Shown: one piece after another, positions 51,656 through 64,000 of the stretch
Position numbering within the stretch: the stretch's first letter is position 1
Layout: each line of letters opens with the position of its first letter
Origin: Octopus bimaculoides
Lineage: Eukaryota
Assembly (NCBI RefSeq): GCF_001194135.2
Contig: NC_068990.1
Coordinates: 23,748,758-23,812,757 of the forward strand
DNA: 64,000 nt
Direction: 5' to 3'
The notes under the pieces: model-generated
What the model was told of the DNA's origin: nothing
The model's input: only the letters and a program-made list of their open reading frames with translations
Databases searched by the model: none
Translations under genes and position numbers: made by a program

Positions 51656-52158
51656 GGTTAAGCAAAAAAAAAAAAAACAACAACAACACAACGATGCTCC
51701 CATCCCTCGCAGAAGACAGATGATAAATTAATTATTGACAAGTTAATAAGGGAAAACCAAACTATAATAAAACCAATTGAATATAGAAGGTCAAACAGGA
51801 AGGTTTTGATACTGAATAAAAAGCGAGAATTTCCTACATCACACTTCGTTCTTGGCAAGAGATATATATATAGAGATACGATTATCGAAGAAATCTGAGT
51901 TGATATCTAATCGATAAAGCTAGATAAATTATTGATTCCTACATTGACTGACTGTGTAGTAGAAATGGTATCAAAATTGTTTAATGAGCAGAATAATTTA
52001 TCAATTTCCAATTTCAGTTTCTGTTTCTATATTCAAGTGTGTGTGTGTGCGTGTGTGTGTGTGTGTGCGCGTGTGTTTACGTACGTACGTATGTATGTAA
52101 CTATGTTTGTAATTTTTATCTCTCGCTATTTGCTGCTGTCTGTCTGTCTCTTACTGTG

Positions 52159-52195
<37 letters not shown>

Positions 52196-52310
52196 NNNNN
52201 NNNNNNNNNNNNNNNNNNNNNNNNNNNNNNNNNNNNNNNNNNNNNNNNNNNNNNNNNNNNNNNNNNNNNNNNNNNNNNNNNNNNNNNNNNNNNNNNNNNN
52301 NNNNNNNNNN

Positions 52311-52361
<51 letters not shown>

Positions 52362-52541
52362 CATGTGTGTGTGTACAAAGAGAGAAGAGTGAGAGAGAGC
52401 TATGAAGAAACACACGCACACACACGTAGATAGAATAAATGTGTGTGTGTATGTGTATGTGTGTATGTACACACATATTTGTACATATACATATATATTT
52501 GTTTCAAACGCACACATACACACACACACACATATATATAT

Positions 52542-52601
<60 letters not shown>

Positions 52602-53199
52602 AGAGAGAGAGAGAGAGAGGGGGGGAGAGAGAACGACAGAAAAATGCATATGTATATATACATGTATATATGTATATATATGTATACACACACACATGTA
52701 TATATATCAAAATACATACATATATCATACATACAAATACACACACACATACACACACACATATATATATGTGGAGTGAGAAAGAGAGAGAGAGAGGGGC
52801 ATACGCATATGTATATGCACACGCGTTTCTATGTGCACACACATACACATACACACGCATGCGCACATACACATACACACGCATGCGCACATATATACAT
52901 GTATATATTCTTGGAGAAGTATCCGCCACTGCCTAGCTATTGTATGAAAATAACACTACGCAGTAATCTGCTAATTTCGACACACATTAGAAACTGTTTA
53001 ATAAAATAAAAACGCTATTTTCGTTGAAGTAGAAATTAAAACTCAAACGTATTGGTCACGTGTTCAATCCAAGGTTTCCATGTCAACAATACTTCTGGTT
53101 TTACTATGAGGCGCCGTAACGTTGATGACATCGCGGTTTCGAACTCTTCAAGTACCAAGACTAAAGCGATTATTTAAAAAGATTTTTTTCTTATTTTCG

Positions 53200-53349
53200 A
53201 ATAGCGTGGCCGTATGGTTAAGATTTCGAGTTCAATCCCCTACGCAGCGCCTTTGGCAAGTGTCTTTAACTATAGCTCTGGGACGACTAATGGTTTATGA
53301 GTGGATTTTGGAGACACAAACTGTGTAAATGACCGTTGTGCGTATGTGT

Positions 53350-53381
<32 letters not shown>

Positions 53382-53549
53382 ACCCTTTTGTGTTACTTGT
53401 ATCATTGTATACAACAGACTAACAAATGTTATACATCGCTGGACACAATGCACTTCCTCGAATTGTAGCTTTTGAATGATACCGCCCCACTGAGAATACA
53501 GACAGACCACACATGTACGCACACATGTACGCACACACACACACACCCA

Positions 53550-53588
<39 letters not shown>

Positions 53589-53835
53589 ACACACACATGT
53601 ATCTGTGCGTGTGTGTGTGTGTGTGTGTGTGTATGTCTGTGTGTGTTTGTGTATGTCTGTGTATATGTGTGTGTGTGGATCTATCTCTGTATGTTTGCGT
53701 TTAACAACGGAGACTGACAGAATAAAAACCGTTCTTTTATTAAAGGAAATGTATTGATGCAGATTTGTTCAACTAAACTCTTCAAAGCGGTGCTCCAGCA
53801 TCGCCGCAGTCCCATGATTGAAGCAAGATAAAAGA
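53200..53835 (+). mobile_element. SINE-B with expanded internal microsatellite region
   Basis: Head GCGTGGCCGTATGGTTAAG...TTGGCAAGTGTCTT at about 53203; tail GCGGTGCTCCAGCATCGCCGCAGTC...GATAAAAGA at about 53835. Confidence 0.7.
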
Positions 53836-53954
53836 TAGACGAGAGCTTATCTGCCTGGTTACATTCAATAATTCACAATAATTTCTCTTGATATACAGCC
53901 ATGGCATTTATGGCCAAGCTGTGTTTGATAAGAAAACAAAAGCTTTTATAAACT

Positions 53955-54500
53955 GGCATTCCGTCGATTGCGACGAGGAGCGCTCCAGTTGATCCGATTC
54001 TGCTCGTGAAATTAACATGTAAGTGGCTGAGTACTCCACAAACACGCGTACCCTTAACGTAGTTTTTAAGTAGATTCAACGTGACACAATATATGACAAG
54101 GCTGGTCTTTTGATTTACAACTCATTTTTGACCAGCTCAAGGTCAAAACGTGCCGCCGGAAATCTGACACAAGACCGGATAGCCTAACCACCATAGCGTG
54201 TGGCTTAGTGGTTAGGGGTTACTTGGCTCACAATTGTAAGCTCGGATTTCAGGCAGCGCGTTTCGTATCCTTGAGCAAGTTATTTTATTTCACGTTGCTC
54301 CCGTCAAAAGTTGCCAAAAATAAGTGGCACCTGTAATTCAAAGAGCCAAACTTGTCACATTCTCTGTCATGCTGAATTTCCGCGAGAACTGCGTTAAGGC
54401 CACTTGTGTCTGTGGAGTACTCAGTCACTTGCATGCTAATTTCACGAGCAGCGGGTTGTTCAGTTGATCGGATCACCTCGTAACCGACAGGATGCCAGTG
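53955..54500. mobile_element. Head-to-head pair of SINE-C variants (minus then plus)
   Basis: Minus copy from its tail at 53955 to its head at about 54191; plus head GCGTGTGGCTTAGTGGTTAGG at about 54196. Confidence 0.8.
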
Positions 54501-54835
54501 ATATTCATATGTATAGAAAGCAGTAGGATGCAGTTTGAGGAGAATATGGCTGCTAAGTGAGATTTGCCGTTCGAGTGACCGGCTAATAGCTTTGTCGTTA
54601 GCTCTTCCTCTCCGTGCTTCTTATAATAATTCTGCTTGTCATTCGGTTACTTAGCCCGTTGGTAACGCTTTCACGTAATTAGAAAAACAGAAGGAGAGAG
54701 ACAAAGAGAGAAAGAGAAGCGTCCATGACGTGAGGTAGAGGGGATGTAATTGTAGCGCTTTGACATAATTAGTTGAAGGGAAAAGAGAGGAGAAAAAAGG
54801 AGAGAGAAAAAGAAGCTAAGTCGTGCGTGCGTATG

Positions 54836-54866
<31 letters not shown>

Positions 54867-55568
54867 ATGCGTATGTATGTATGTATGTAAGTTTGTATAT
54901 GTGTATGTATGTATGTTTTGAGATGTATGTTTAAGGAGGTGCATGTGTTTGTGTGCATGTGTGTACATATTCAAATATTTACCAAGTGCCAATATGTAAA
55001 ACAATGTATTTTGTTAGATGTGCGTGTATATTAATATTTATCAAATGAAATATTTACATAAATAAATATATAAATGTATTTACTTGATAGTTATCACTTC
55101 ACGGACAACGTGGCATTAATCGATACGCAATAGACATTGCAAACTCAACGAAGAGCAACGGACACATCCGATCATGGCGTTGGTTGCATTCAAAGCTTTT
55201 ACCGTATGTTGACGTCTACTTGGCTGTTTGATATATGACGTACAACCAACACGAGGGATTTGCTTAAAATAAAATGAAAGGCCTTTGTAAACTTCATACT
55301 CTCTCTCTATCTCTCTCTCTTACAATTTCTGTCACTCTTTCCCTGCCTCTCTCCCTCTCTTTCTCTCCCTCTGTTTCAAACCTTGTGTAACGATATGTAG
55401 GATACAATGTACAACACTGAATAAGTAATTAAGTCTATTGGAAACTTTTCTATTAGTTCCTTGAAAATGGCGGAGACTGTATGTCGATTGATTTGTATTG
55501 AAATAGTCAGTTACCGTAAAGCAAATCGCTTTCCAAAATTATATTGCATCCTTTATTCATCGTCAATA

Positions 55569-55613
<45 letters not shown>

Positions 55614-55664
55614 GTCTGTCTGTATGTATATATGTGTGTGTGTGTATACATATATACATACATA

Positions 55665-55794
55665 CAGGATGTCTCGTAATAATGGGGACACATTTAAAAC
55701 GTAACTACAATAGAGAAGAACACGTTTATTTTGCTGAGTACTCTGGATCTTCGAAATTACAAATAGAATACGTCCCATTATTAAGTGACACCCC
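55665..55794. mobile_element. About 130-bp Tc1/mariner-type MITE
   Basis: TA-CAGGATGTCTCGTAATAATGGGGAC at left vs right-end reverse complement TGGGGTGTCACTTAATAATGGGAC; a SINE-A abuts the right end. Confidence 0.65.
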
Positions 55795-56230
55795 AAGGCG
55801 GCGAGCTGGCAAAATTTTTAGCACGTCGGGCAAAATGCTTAGCGACATTTCGTCCGTCTTTACGTTCTGAGTTCAAATTCCGGCGAGGTCGAACTGGATT
55901 TTCATCTTTTCGGGGTCGATAAAATGAGTACCAGTCGAACACTGGGTCGATGTAATCGACTCACTCCCTCCCCTCAAATTTCAGGCCTTGTACCTGTGGT
56001 AGAAGGGATTATTCTGTGACACCCTAATGTGGAGGACTAACAGAATCGTTACCATTCCGGATTAAATGCTTAGCGGCATTTCTTCTGGCTTAACGCTCTG
56101 AGCTCAAACTCGGCCGAGGTTGGCTTTGCTTTTCATTCTTTCTGATTCGATAAAATAAGTGCCAGTTGAACACTGATGCAAAGATAATCGATTTAGTCCC
56201 TCCCCTAATATTTCAGGCCTTGTGCATATG
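55795..56230 (+). mobile_element. Two tandem SINE-A copies
   Basis: AGGCGGCGAGCTGGC at 55796; second head at about 56030. Confidence 0.88.
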
Positions 56231-56299
56231 GTAGAAAGTGTTTGGATGAGACCAGCTGAATTATGTAAAAACAACAAAAATATGCATAGCTTATTATTA

Positions 56300-56508
56300 C
56301 ATAGGCTTGGATGTGTGGTTAAGAAGTCCCATTTGCAGCAACATGGTTCGTTGTTCAATCCCGTTAGGCAGCTCACTGGGAAAATTAACTTGGGTCCACT
56401 AATGCCTTGGGACATAAAATTTTGGATTTATGGAGGGTCAAAGTTAGGAACAAAAGCAGGACAGTGGAGACATACAAGGAAACCGAACGAAAACATACAT
56501 ATATGAAG

Positions 56509-56570
<62 letters not shown>

Positions 56571-57220
56571 GTATGTGTGTTGTCCTTGCATCTGTGTTTG
56601 CCGCACGCTGTCCACCACTTGACAACAGGTGTTATTTCGTTTACGTTCTCGTAACTTAGCAATTCTAAAAGGGGCTTTAGAATAAGTAACTGTCTTAAAA
56701 AAACAATAAATACTGGGGTCGATTTGTCTGACTCCCAAACCCTTCAATGCGAGGCATGCCCCATTATGGCTGCTGCCCAATGACTGAAACTTGTGAAAGA
56801 ATAAACATAATTATTTACTTAGAAACCCACAGATGACGATTGACAAGACATGACGAGAATTCTTTTACTTGTTTCCATTATTTGACTGTAGCCATGCTGG
56901 AGCATCGCCTTGAAGGGTTTGAGTTGAACACCTTGACCTCAGGATTTATTTTTACTATAAGCCTAGTACTTATTCTATCTGATTATAGGGACATAAACAT
57001 ACGAACACTAGTTGTCAAGCTGTGATAGGGAGACAAACACGGACACAACACACACACATACGACAGGCTTCTTTCAGTTTCCGGCTACCAAATCCACTCA
57101 CAACGCTTTTGTCGGCTTGAGGCTATAGCGGAAGACACCTGCCCAAAGTTCCACGCAGTGGGACTGAATCCGGAACCATGTGGTTGGGAAGCAAGCTTCT
57201 TACCACACATCCACACCTAT
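56300..57220. mobile_element. Tail-to-tail SINE-B pair (plus 56300-56800, minus 56850-57220)
   Basis: Plus copy has an internal (CA)n; minus copy is near-consensus (CAGTTTCCGGCTACCAAATCCACTCACA...GCAAGCTTCTTACCACACA). Confidence 0.85.
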
Positions 57221-57958
57221 ACAAGTAATGTTTCTGTTCTTAGCAAATTTTGAAACGGTGGGATCCCAAATTCACGACATAATGATAAAATTGTATTTGG
57301 ACTTCTATTGCTTAAGGATAAATATTGATGCCCTTTAGCTGTAAGATATTTGTTTCTATATTTTTTCTTGAGCCCGAGGCCTCACAAAGCCAACTGATCG
57401 GCTTCTTTGGTATACAAGTAATTGAGATCGCTACGTTCCACTAAACAGAACGTCGGTCACATGTGCGGATCAAGGCCAGCAATTTTGTGGGGACAGGACA
57501 AGTTGATTACAGATTACATCGACTTCATTACTTACCTAATACTGTATTTAATCGGCCCTGAAGGGATGAAAGGCGTGGATTTGAACTCAGCACATAAAAA
57601 AAAACAGTAGGAATACCGCTCAGTATTTTGCCAGACGTGCTGACGTCTCTGCCAGCTAATTGCCTTTGCTATAAGATATAGAAGTGAAGATAAGAGAAAA
57701 TACTTTTGATAATGCAGTTCTGAGCTGCTGTTTTTGTTGTTTAGTTCCAAAAAAATTCCAGCGTTTGCTTTGTCAATCAATTTTTTTTCTGTGTAGGAGA
57801 CTGCACGTCTACGACTATACGATGCAGTAGATCGTTTCCTTTAAGATAGTACGATATCATATGAGTTAGATATGACAATTATTTGTAGCAGAGTCTAGCA
57901 ACTAGGAAGAGGCTTTCTCATTGGCTCGTCAATTCTGAGACGTTTTGCTTCATTTCAG

Positions 57959-58026
57959 ATGGCGGAAATTATGCCGATATTGTTTCTAAATCAACGATTA
58001 TTGAAAGAAAACAATGTAGATTAATT
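57959..58026 (+). other. Candidate 68-nt exon (UTR, or phase 1-0 coding DGGNYADIVSKSTIIERKQCRLI)
   Basis: TTTTGCTTCATTTCAG| and ATT|GTAAGT; one frame open. Confidence 0.3.
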
Positions 58027-59169
58027 GTAAGTCAGTCGTGAGAAGCTACATATTATATTTTCAACAGAATTTAGGAATTCATATATTCTATTGCATCTTT
58101 GAAGATTTAAAATTAGGAAAAAAATGTACAAGTTGAATATTCTAGGAATTTCATAGATAAAATTGAAATCTCCGAAAGAAATAAGCAGTGAAAATATATA
58201 TTACTAACCGTACCCTTGGTGTTACTTAGAAGGAATTCAACATGGTTATGCTTAATTTAATATCGTTTTACTCTATTTATCTTTTTAGTCAAAGGATTGT
58301 GGTCATGCTGGGGCACTGCATTCAAGAGTTTAGTTGAGTAAAATGACCTCCATTCCTTATTTGTTATTAAGTTTATAGTTCTCTTTCGTTTTTTTATCAA
58401 ATTGTTAAGTTACGGCTCCTCAAACAAACCAACACCGTTTGCCAAATGATGGGATGGGGGAGAAGCCCAAACGCAAAGATGCCCACAATTTATATACAAT
58501 AGGTGTATGGACATAAAATAGTAAAATAATTAGTTGTCTTCTAGTGCTTCATATTATCTGAGCGAAAATTTCCAATAGCCGGATAAATTTTACACAGATT
58601 TCCAATCATTTCTCAGTATAGCTATAGGGAAAACATTTTCGTTATCAATCCAGGCAATAGAAAGACGTTTGTATCGTTTGTGGCAGCTCTCTAGAATAAC
58701 TTTATTGATTAAAATCCATGTTTATAACCGTTTTGTTCATTTGGGGAATATCTTGTTGTCTATCAGGAACTTATATGTATATTTACTAATAATGGATGTT
58801 AGCATTTTATACATGGTTGTAAGTTATGTAATTGGTCGGTAGTTCTTTTTGTTTTTTGCCGATTAGAAGTGCCATCACTTTGTTTTTTGTTTTTTTTTTG
58901 GTGGTGAGGAGGAAGTTACTCCATTTACTAGTCAGGAAGGGATTTTCCTGGAGTCGTCCATAATACTATTGTACAGGCAGTCAATCTCTCATGAGACTCA
59001 GAGAGAGATATTCAGCCAGTAGTTAAGGATTCTATGTTTTCCAGGGACTTCCATTTGTTAGATATTTCTCGGTGCAGTATTGCAGTTATAAAGAGCAATA
59101 TCTTTTTCCATATTTGTGATTTAATATGTTCAGTTTCACTGGGTGGTTGTTATCATTATTGTTATAACT

Positions 59170-60140
59170 AAGGTGGTGAGCTGGCAGAATCGTTAGCACG
59201 CCGGGCGATATGCTGTGCTATTTCGCCTGCCACTACGTTCTGAGTTCAAATTCCGCCGAGGTCGACTTTGCCTTTCATCCTTTCGGGGTCGAGAAAGTAA
59301 GCACTAGTGGCGTACTGGGATCGATCTAATCGACTGGCCCCTCCTCCCCCAAAATTTTGGGCCTAGTACCTAGAGTAGAAAAGAATATGTTCAGTTTCTC
59401 TGAGTGGTTGTTATTATTATTATTGTTATAACAAAGGCGTTAGTAGAAAGGATTGAGTTCAAATTCTGCCGAGGTCAACTGTGCCTTTCATCCTTTCGGG
59501 TCGATAAATTAAACACCTGTGAAATACTGGACTCGATGTAATCGACTTGTCCCCTCCCCTGAAATTCAGGCCTTGTGCCTATAGTATAAAGCATTATTAT
59601 TACAATAATTAAAGCGGCCAGCAGGAAGAATAGCTAGGACGCCGGGGAAAATGCTTAGCTGTATTTTGTCCGTCCTTACGTTCTGCGTTCAAATTCCGCC
59701 GAGGTCGACTTTGCTTTCATCTTCTCAGAGTCGATGAAATAAGTACCACTTACGCACTGGAGTCGGTGTAATCGACTAGCCCCACCTTCCCCACAATTTC
59801 AGGCCTTGTGCCTGTAGTAGAAAGGATAATTATAATTATTATTGTTGTTGTTGTTACTGTCGTTGTTGTTGTTGTTATTAAGGCGGCAAGCTTGCAGAAA
59901 CGTTAGCGCTCGGGAAAAATGCATAGCGACATTTCGCCCATCTTTACGTTCTGAGTTCAAATTCCGCCAAATCGACTTTGGGTTTCATCCTATCGTCGTC
60001 GACAAAATAAGTATCAGTTGAGCGCTGGCATCGATATAATCGACTAAACCTCTCCCCGAAAATTCAGGCTTTGGTAGAAAGGGTTATTATTATTATTATT
60101 TGATAGAAAGGGTTATTATTATTATTATTTGATAGAAAGG

Positions 60141-60199
<59 letters not shown>

Positions 60200-60200
60200 G
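59170..60200 (+). mobile_element. Tandem cluster of four SINE-A copies ending in a long (ATT)n
   Basis: Heads at about 59171, 59455 (truncated), 59611 and 59880; (ATT/GTT)n spacers. Confidence 0.9.
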
Positions 60201-60354
60201 AATTCTTATTAGTTCCATTTCGTTAACGTTAACGCTTTCAGTTAACCAGTACGTGAAGTGAAAGTATATTTATGTATACGTATGTATGTATGTATGTATG
60301 TATGTATGTATGTGTGCGTTTAAGTCTGCATCTATCTATCTATCTATCTTTCTT

Positions 60355-60395
<41 letters not shown>

Positions 60396-62050
60396 CCGTC
60401 TGTCTGTCTATCTATCTATCTATCTATCTATAATATATATTACTATATGCTTTTGTCAGAACTTATGGATATGCTGTATAGCCTACGGGATATTTGAAGT
60501 TAGACACTGCCCCCAGCTTTGTGCAGTAAACCTGCGTGTTGCTGGTAAATCAATTTGTCATTTCGATGCTGATCTCTGCTTCTAACTTGGCAAATGCCTT
60601 GAAGTATATATATTCAGTCACAAAGTAGCCATCTTCATAAATTGCAAATGCACTGTTGAGACATGGTTCTAGGTTGACTAGGCTTTGTTCTCTATTTCAT
60701 CGAAATAGATATTCACTGACATGTAAGCCATCTTGATACTTTCTATTCTCACTGACCATAAACGACAACAATAATAATTATTTTGAAGAATGTCACCAAA
60801 CAGAAATTTAAAAGAAACCTAGACAAGAGCCAGATCTGCTTTAGTCCAGTAGTTATTGTAACTAGCCTTTCATGCTTCCTTGAACAGAGTGGTGTTAGCA
60901 TCATTCCAAGTCTTGATATATAACTTATCGTTGGCATTCGACATTTTATACTTTCTGCGCTTTCTCATTTTACCTTATCGCAAATCGTAACGATGTCACA
61001 CATATCTCCTCAGAATTATAGGATATTTCAAAGAAAATTTAACTAATCAAACTATCTAAATTAGCCATTAAAGTTGCTCTTGTCATTCTCGATGTAGTAT
61101 TTATAAATGTAATATATAATTGATATAGAGGCGAAGTAACTGAGGGTATATAATGTCACTCATTTCTGTTTAATTTTTTATTTGAACGTTGAACTCTGGT
61201 TAATGCCTCAATAGGTCATCGCATATTATTACTTACGTCTGATATAACTTTGTATTGCTTTGTATATTAAATTGTATATTAAATTGTATTTCATCTTTTA
61301 TCTTCATATTACGCAAGATGTGAATATTTTCATAGTATCAAAAGAACGGTTCTGTGATATTTCATTCGATCGAATATAAATTTCTACTAATTTTAAAATG
61401 GTTGTTGCAGTAGTTGTTTAACCCCAAATCATCTTTGATTGAGCTGATAGATCCATGGTCAAATACATGCAGCCGAGACCATTTTATTTTATTATATTAA
61501 TTTTTACTTCGTCTTAGCATTATGCAATGTGTTCATCATTAGGCAAAACAGAGAAGGAAATGATTTGAAATGTGACTGTCATTTATAACAGGTCGACTGA
61601 TCGCGTGGACGATACAGATTGAAGATATGAGCTAATGTCTATATGTCGGCATGAAGTTTCAATAACTAACCGCAAGTGTCACTATCAAGTACTGACGTGT
61701 CGGCTATAGTTGCAGTTATAGCTTAGCCGAAGGTCAGAATTGATTGGGCAGACATTACCTGTCATTACCCTCTTTGTCCAATATCCATTTCATTTTTTAA
61801 GAAGTGTAAGGTGTGATTTGAGAGATGTTTCGCAACAATTCCAAACAAATGCGTTAATGAATACTCTTTTGTATTTGTTCTAGTTAACTCCTAATCATCG
61901 CTAATCGAGCAAATGTATAAACAAAAATGTTACAGCCATCCCTATTCTGTCATTTGTGTATAAGGGTCATAATATTCACCATGACATTTTTATATTAAAA
62001 CAGTAGTGTGTAGTAAGATTTAATTGTAATTTGCCTGCTATTCCTTGCAG

Positions 62051-62185
62051 ATGGAATAACCACATAGAATTTTCACCGTTTGTTCTTGCGGTGGTGGTGG
62101 TGGTGAAGATGAGTGGTTATATGCCAGATTCAACAAATTTGAATCGTCCAATACAAAGTGAATTAAAAATGTATATGAAGCGAAT
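62051..62185 (+). CDS. Candidate 135-nt symmetric phase 2-2 exon (WNNHIEFSPFVLAVVVVVKMSGYMPDSTNLNRPIQSELKMYMKR)
   Basis: Acceptor TATTCCTTGCAG|, donor AAT|GTAAGT, length divisible by 3, single open frame. Could instead be a first coding exon starting MSGY. Confidence 0.5.
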
Positions 62186-62368
62186 GTAAGTGGTTTCGGA
62201 ATAAATGTAGAACTGAAAAGAACATAATCAATCTATGCACAATGATTTGTTCTTAGGTGAAACCATTTGTAATGGTGTTCGAGTTGATTTGATTAAACAT
62301 GAAACTGAATGGAAAAGAAATTATGAAAATTCCTAATTACACCATTCTATTCACAAGTCTCCCCCTCT

Positions 62369-62438
<70 letters not shown>

Positions 62439-62965
62439 NNNNNNNNNNNNNNNNNNNNNNNNNNNNNNNNNNNNNNNNNNNNNNNNNNNNNNNNNNNNNN
62501 NNNNNNNNNNNNNNNNNNNNNNNNNNNNNNNNNNNNNNNNNNNNNNNNNNNNNNNNNNNNNNNNNNNNNNNNNNNNNNNNNNNNNNNNNNNNNNNNNNNN
62601 NNNNNNNNNNNNNNNNNNNNNNNNNNNNNNNNNNNNNNNNNNNNNNNNNNNNNNNNNNNNNNNNNNNNNNNNNNNNNNNNNNNNNNNNNNNNNNNNNNNN
62701 NNNNNNNNNNNNNNNNNNNNNNNNNNNNNNNNNNNNNNNNNNNNNNNNNNNNNNNNNNNNNNNNNNNNNNNNNNNNNNNNNNNNNNNNNNNNNNNNNNNN
62801 NNNNNNNNNNNNNNNNNNNNNNNNNNNNNNNNNNNNNNNNNNNNNNNNNNNNNNNNNNNNNNNNNNNNNNNNNNNTACATTTATGTATGTATCAGTTGTA
62901 CGGAGCTTTGAGTTTCTTGCTCTCTCTTTATATACATATACATGCATACATATACACACACATGC

Positions 62966-63047
<82 letters not shown>

Positions 63048-64000
63048 ACCTATGTATACATACATATATATGGATGTTTGCATTTGCACTTTTAGATGGA
63101 CGTATTGAATTGCATTCCTGATGCTCGAGCTGTGTATTCATTAACATATATTTGATGCTATTTACACCAACAATTGGCATCGTTACATATTTAATTACTA
63201 TACAATAGATACATATCCAATTCTATGCTTCTCTGCGTCTCTCCTCACTCCTGCCCCCTCGCCTTCAATCTTTTTCGTTTTTCACCCCTTGTCTAATATT
63301 TGTCCTAATTTCACTTTCCCACTTCCTCACTTGCTACCCTACTCTATTTTTCACTTTTAATCCCTCCAGATCTCTTCGCAATTATTCCCCTGTCACCCAT
63401 TTATGTCTCCACTTCTGATCCTATAATAGCACACTCCAAATACCTTTTTGCACTATACCTGCAATGTTATTAGCCCTTGAGATTTTTGTAAGAGTTTATA
63501 ATTATTTCCCTCCTCTTTCTATTAATGCTCTTACTTCTTTCATAAAAGCTTGCTTCTCTTCCAATTGTTTTCATTCCACGTATTTATTTTCATTGTACAC
63601 ACTTGCTGATTGTTGTTGTTTCATTTTATCTTTCTACTCATTTTTCAGCCATTACTTCCTTCTAAATTCATGTATTGTTTATTCCTTCCCTACTTCAAAA
63701 AATTCCCTTGTTCTATATATGCATATTATCTAATACAAACACACATACACATACCTACGCACACACACACTCATACATATACACACAAACACGCGCGCGT
63801 ACATAAGTCACCGCAATCCAGGCATGTGCAAAAAACTCTCCCTATGTGATCATAGTTTCTTATAATATATATATATATATATTTGTTTTGCAAGATTTTT
63901 TATGTGAAATCGTGTGTTGAAACAGATGTTGTTGTACTTGGGGATGGTCATATTGCCAGTTTAGCCAATAAAAACACACGCACTGTATATTTGGTGTTAA

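Larger units (their letters stand above)
1..64000. repeat. Dense microsatellites ((TA)n, (CA)n, (GA)n, (TATG)n, (TATC)n, (CTAC)n, (ATT)n, (CAA)n) and 16 N gaps
   Basis: Directly visible; most gaps are bounded by a microsatellite on at least one side. Confidence 0.97.

Noticed and set aside
1545-63180. Many ORFs of YIYI, HTHT, CVCV, RERE or X runs
   Set aside because: Microsatellite and N-gap artefacts.

Overview
AT-rich eukaryotic (animal) DNA from a gapped assembly: 16 N-runs totalling about 6.4 kb, most bordered by (TA)n, (CA)n or (GA)n microsatellites. The repeat content resembles octopus genomes; this is recalled family resemblance, not a search result. No complete protein-coding gene is visible, and most long ORFs in the track are microsatellite or N artefacts. 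Repeats: (1) dozens of copies of three tRNA-derived SINE groups, labelled here SINE-A, SINE-B and SINE-C; (2) DNA transposons: a TIR-bounded Tc1 pseudogene, two internally deleted mariners, and hAT, Tigger-like and Tc/mariner-type MITEs; (3) non-LTR remnants: several RTE pieces, a HERO-like C-terminus and a Penelope GIY-YIG fragment; (4) a decayed 5S rRNA copy. Five isolated + strand exon candidates with plausible-to-strong splice sites suggest that much of the window is intronic to an unidentified large gene. Best observations: an RTE insertion with a twin-priming-type 5' inversion and an exact 11-bp TSD (21698-22093), hammerhead-ribozyme-like motifs (9200, 19245), a modular SINE with swappable 3' tails that stacks in tandem and head-to-head, and a bipartite RTE derivative. 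I find no convincing wholly new biological system.
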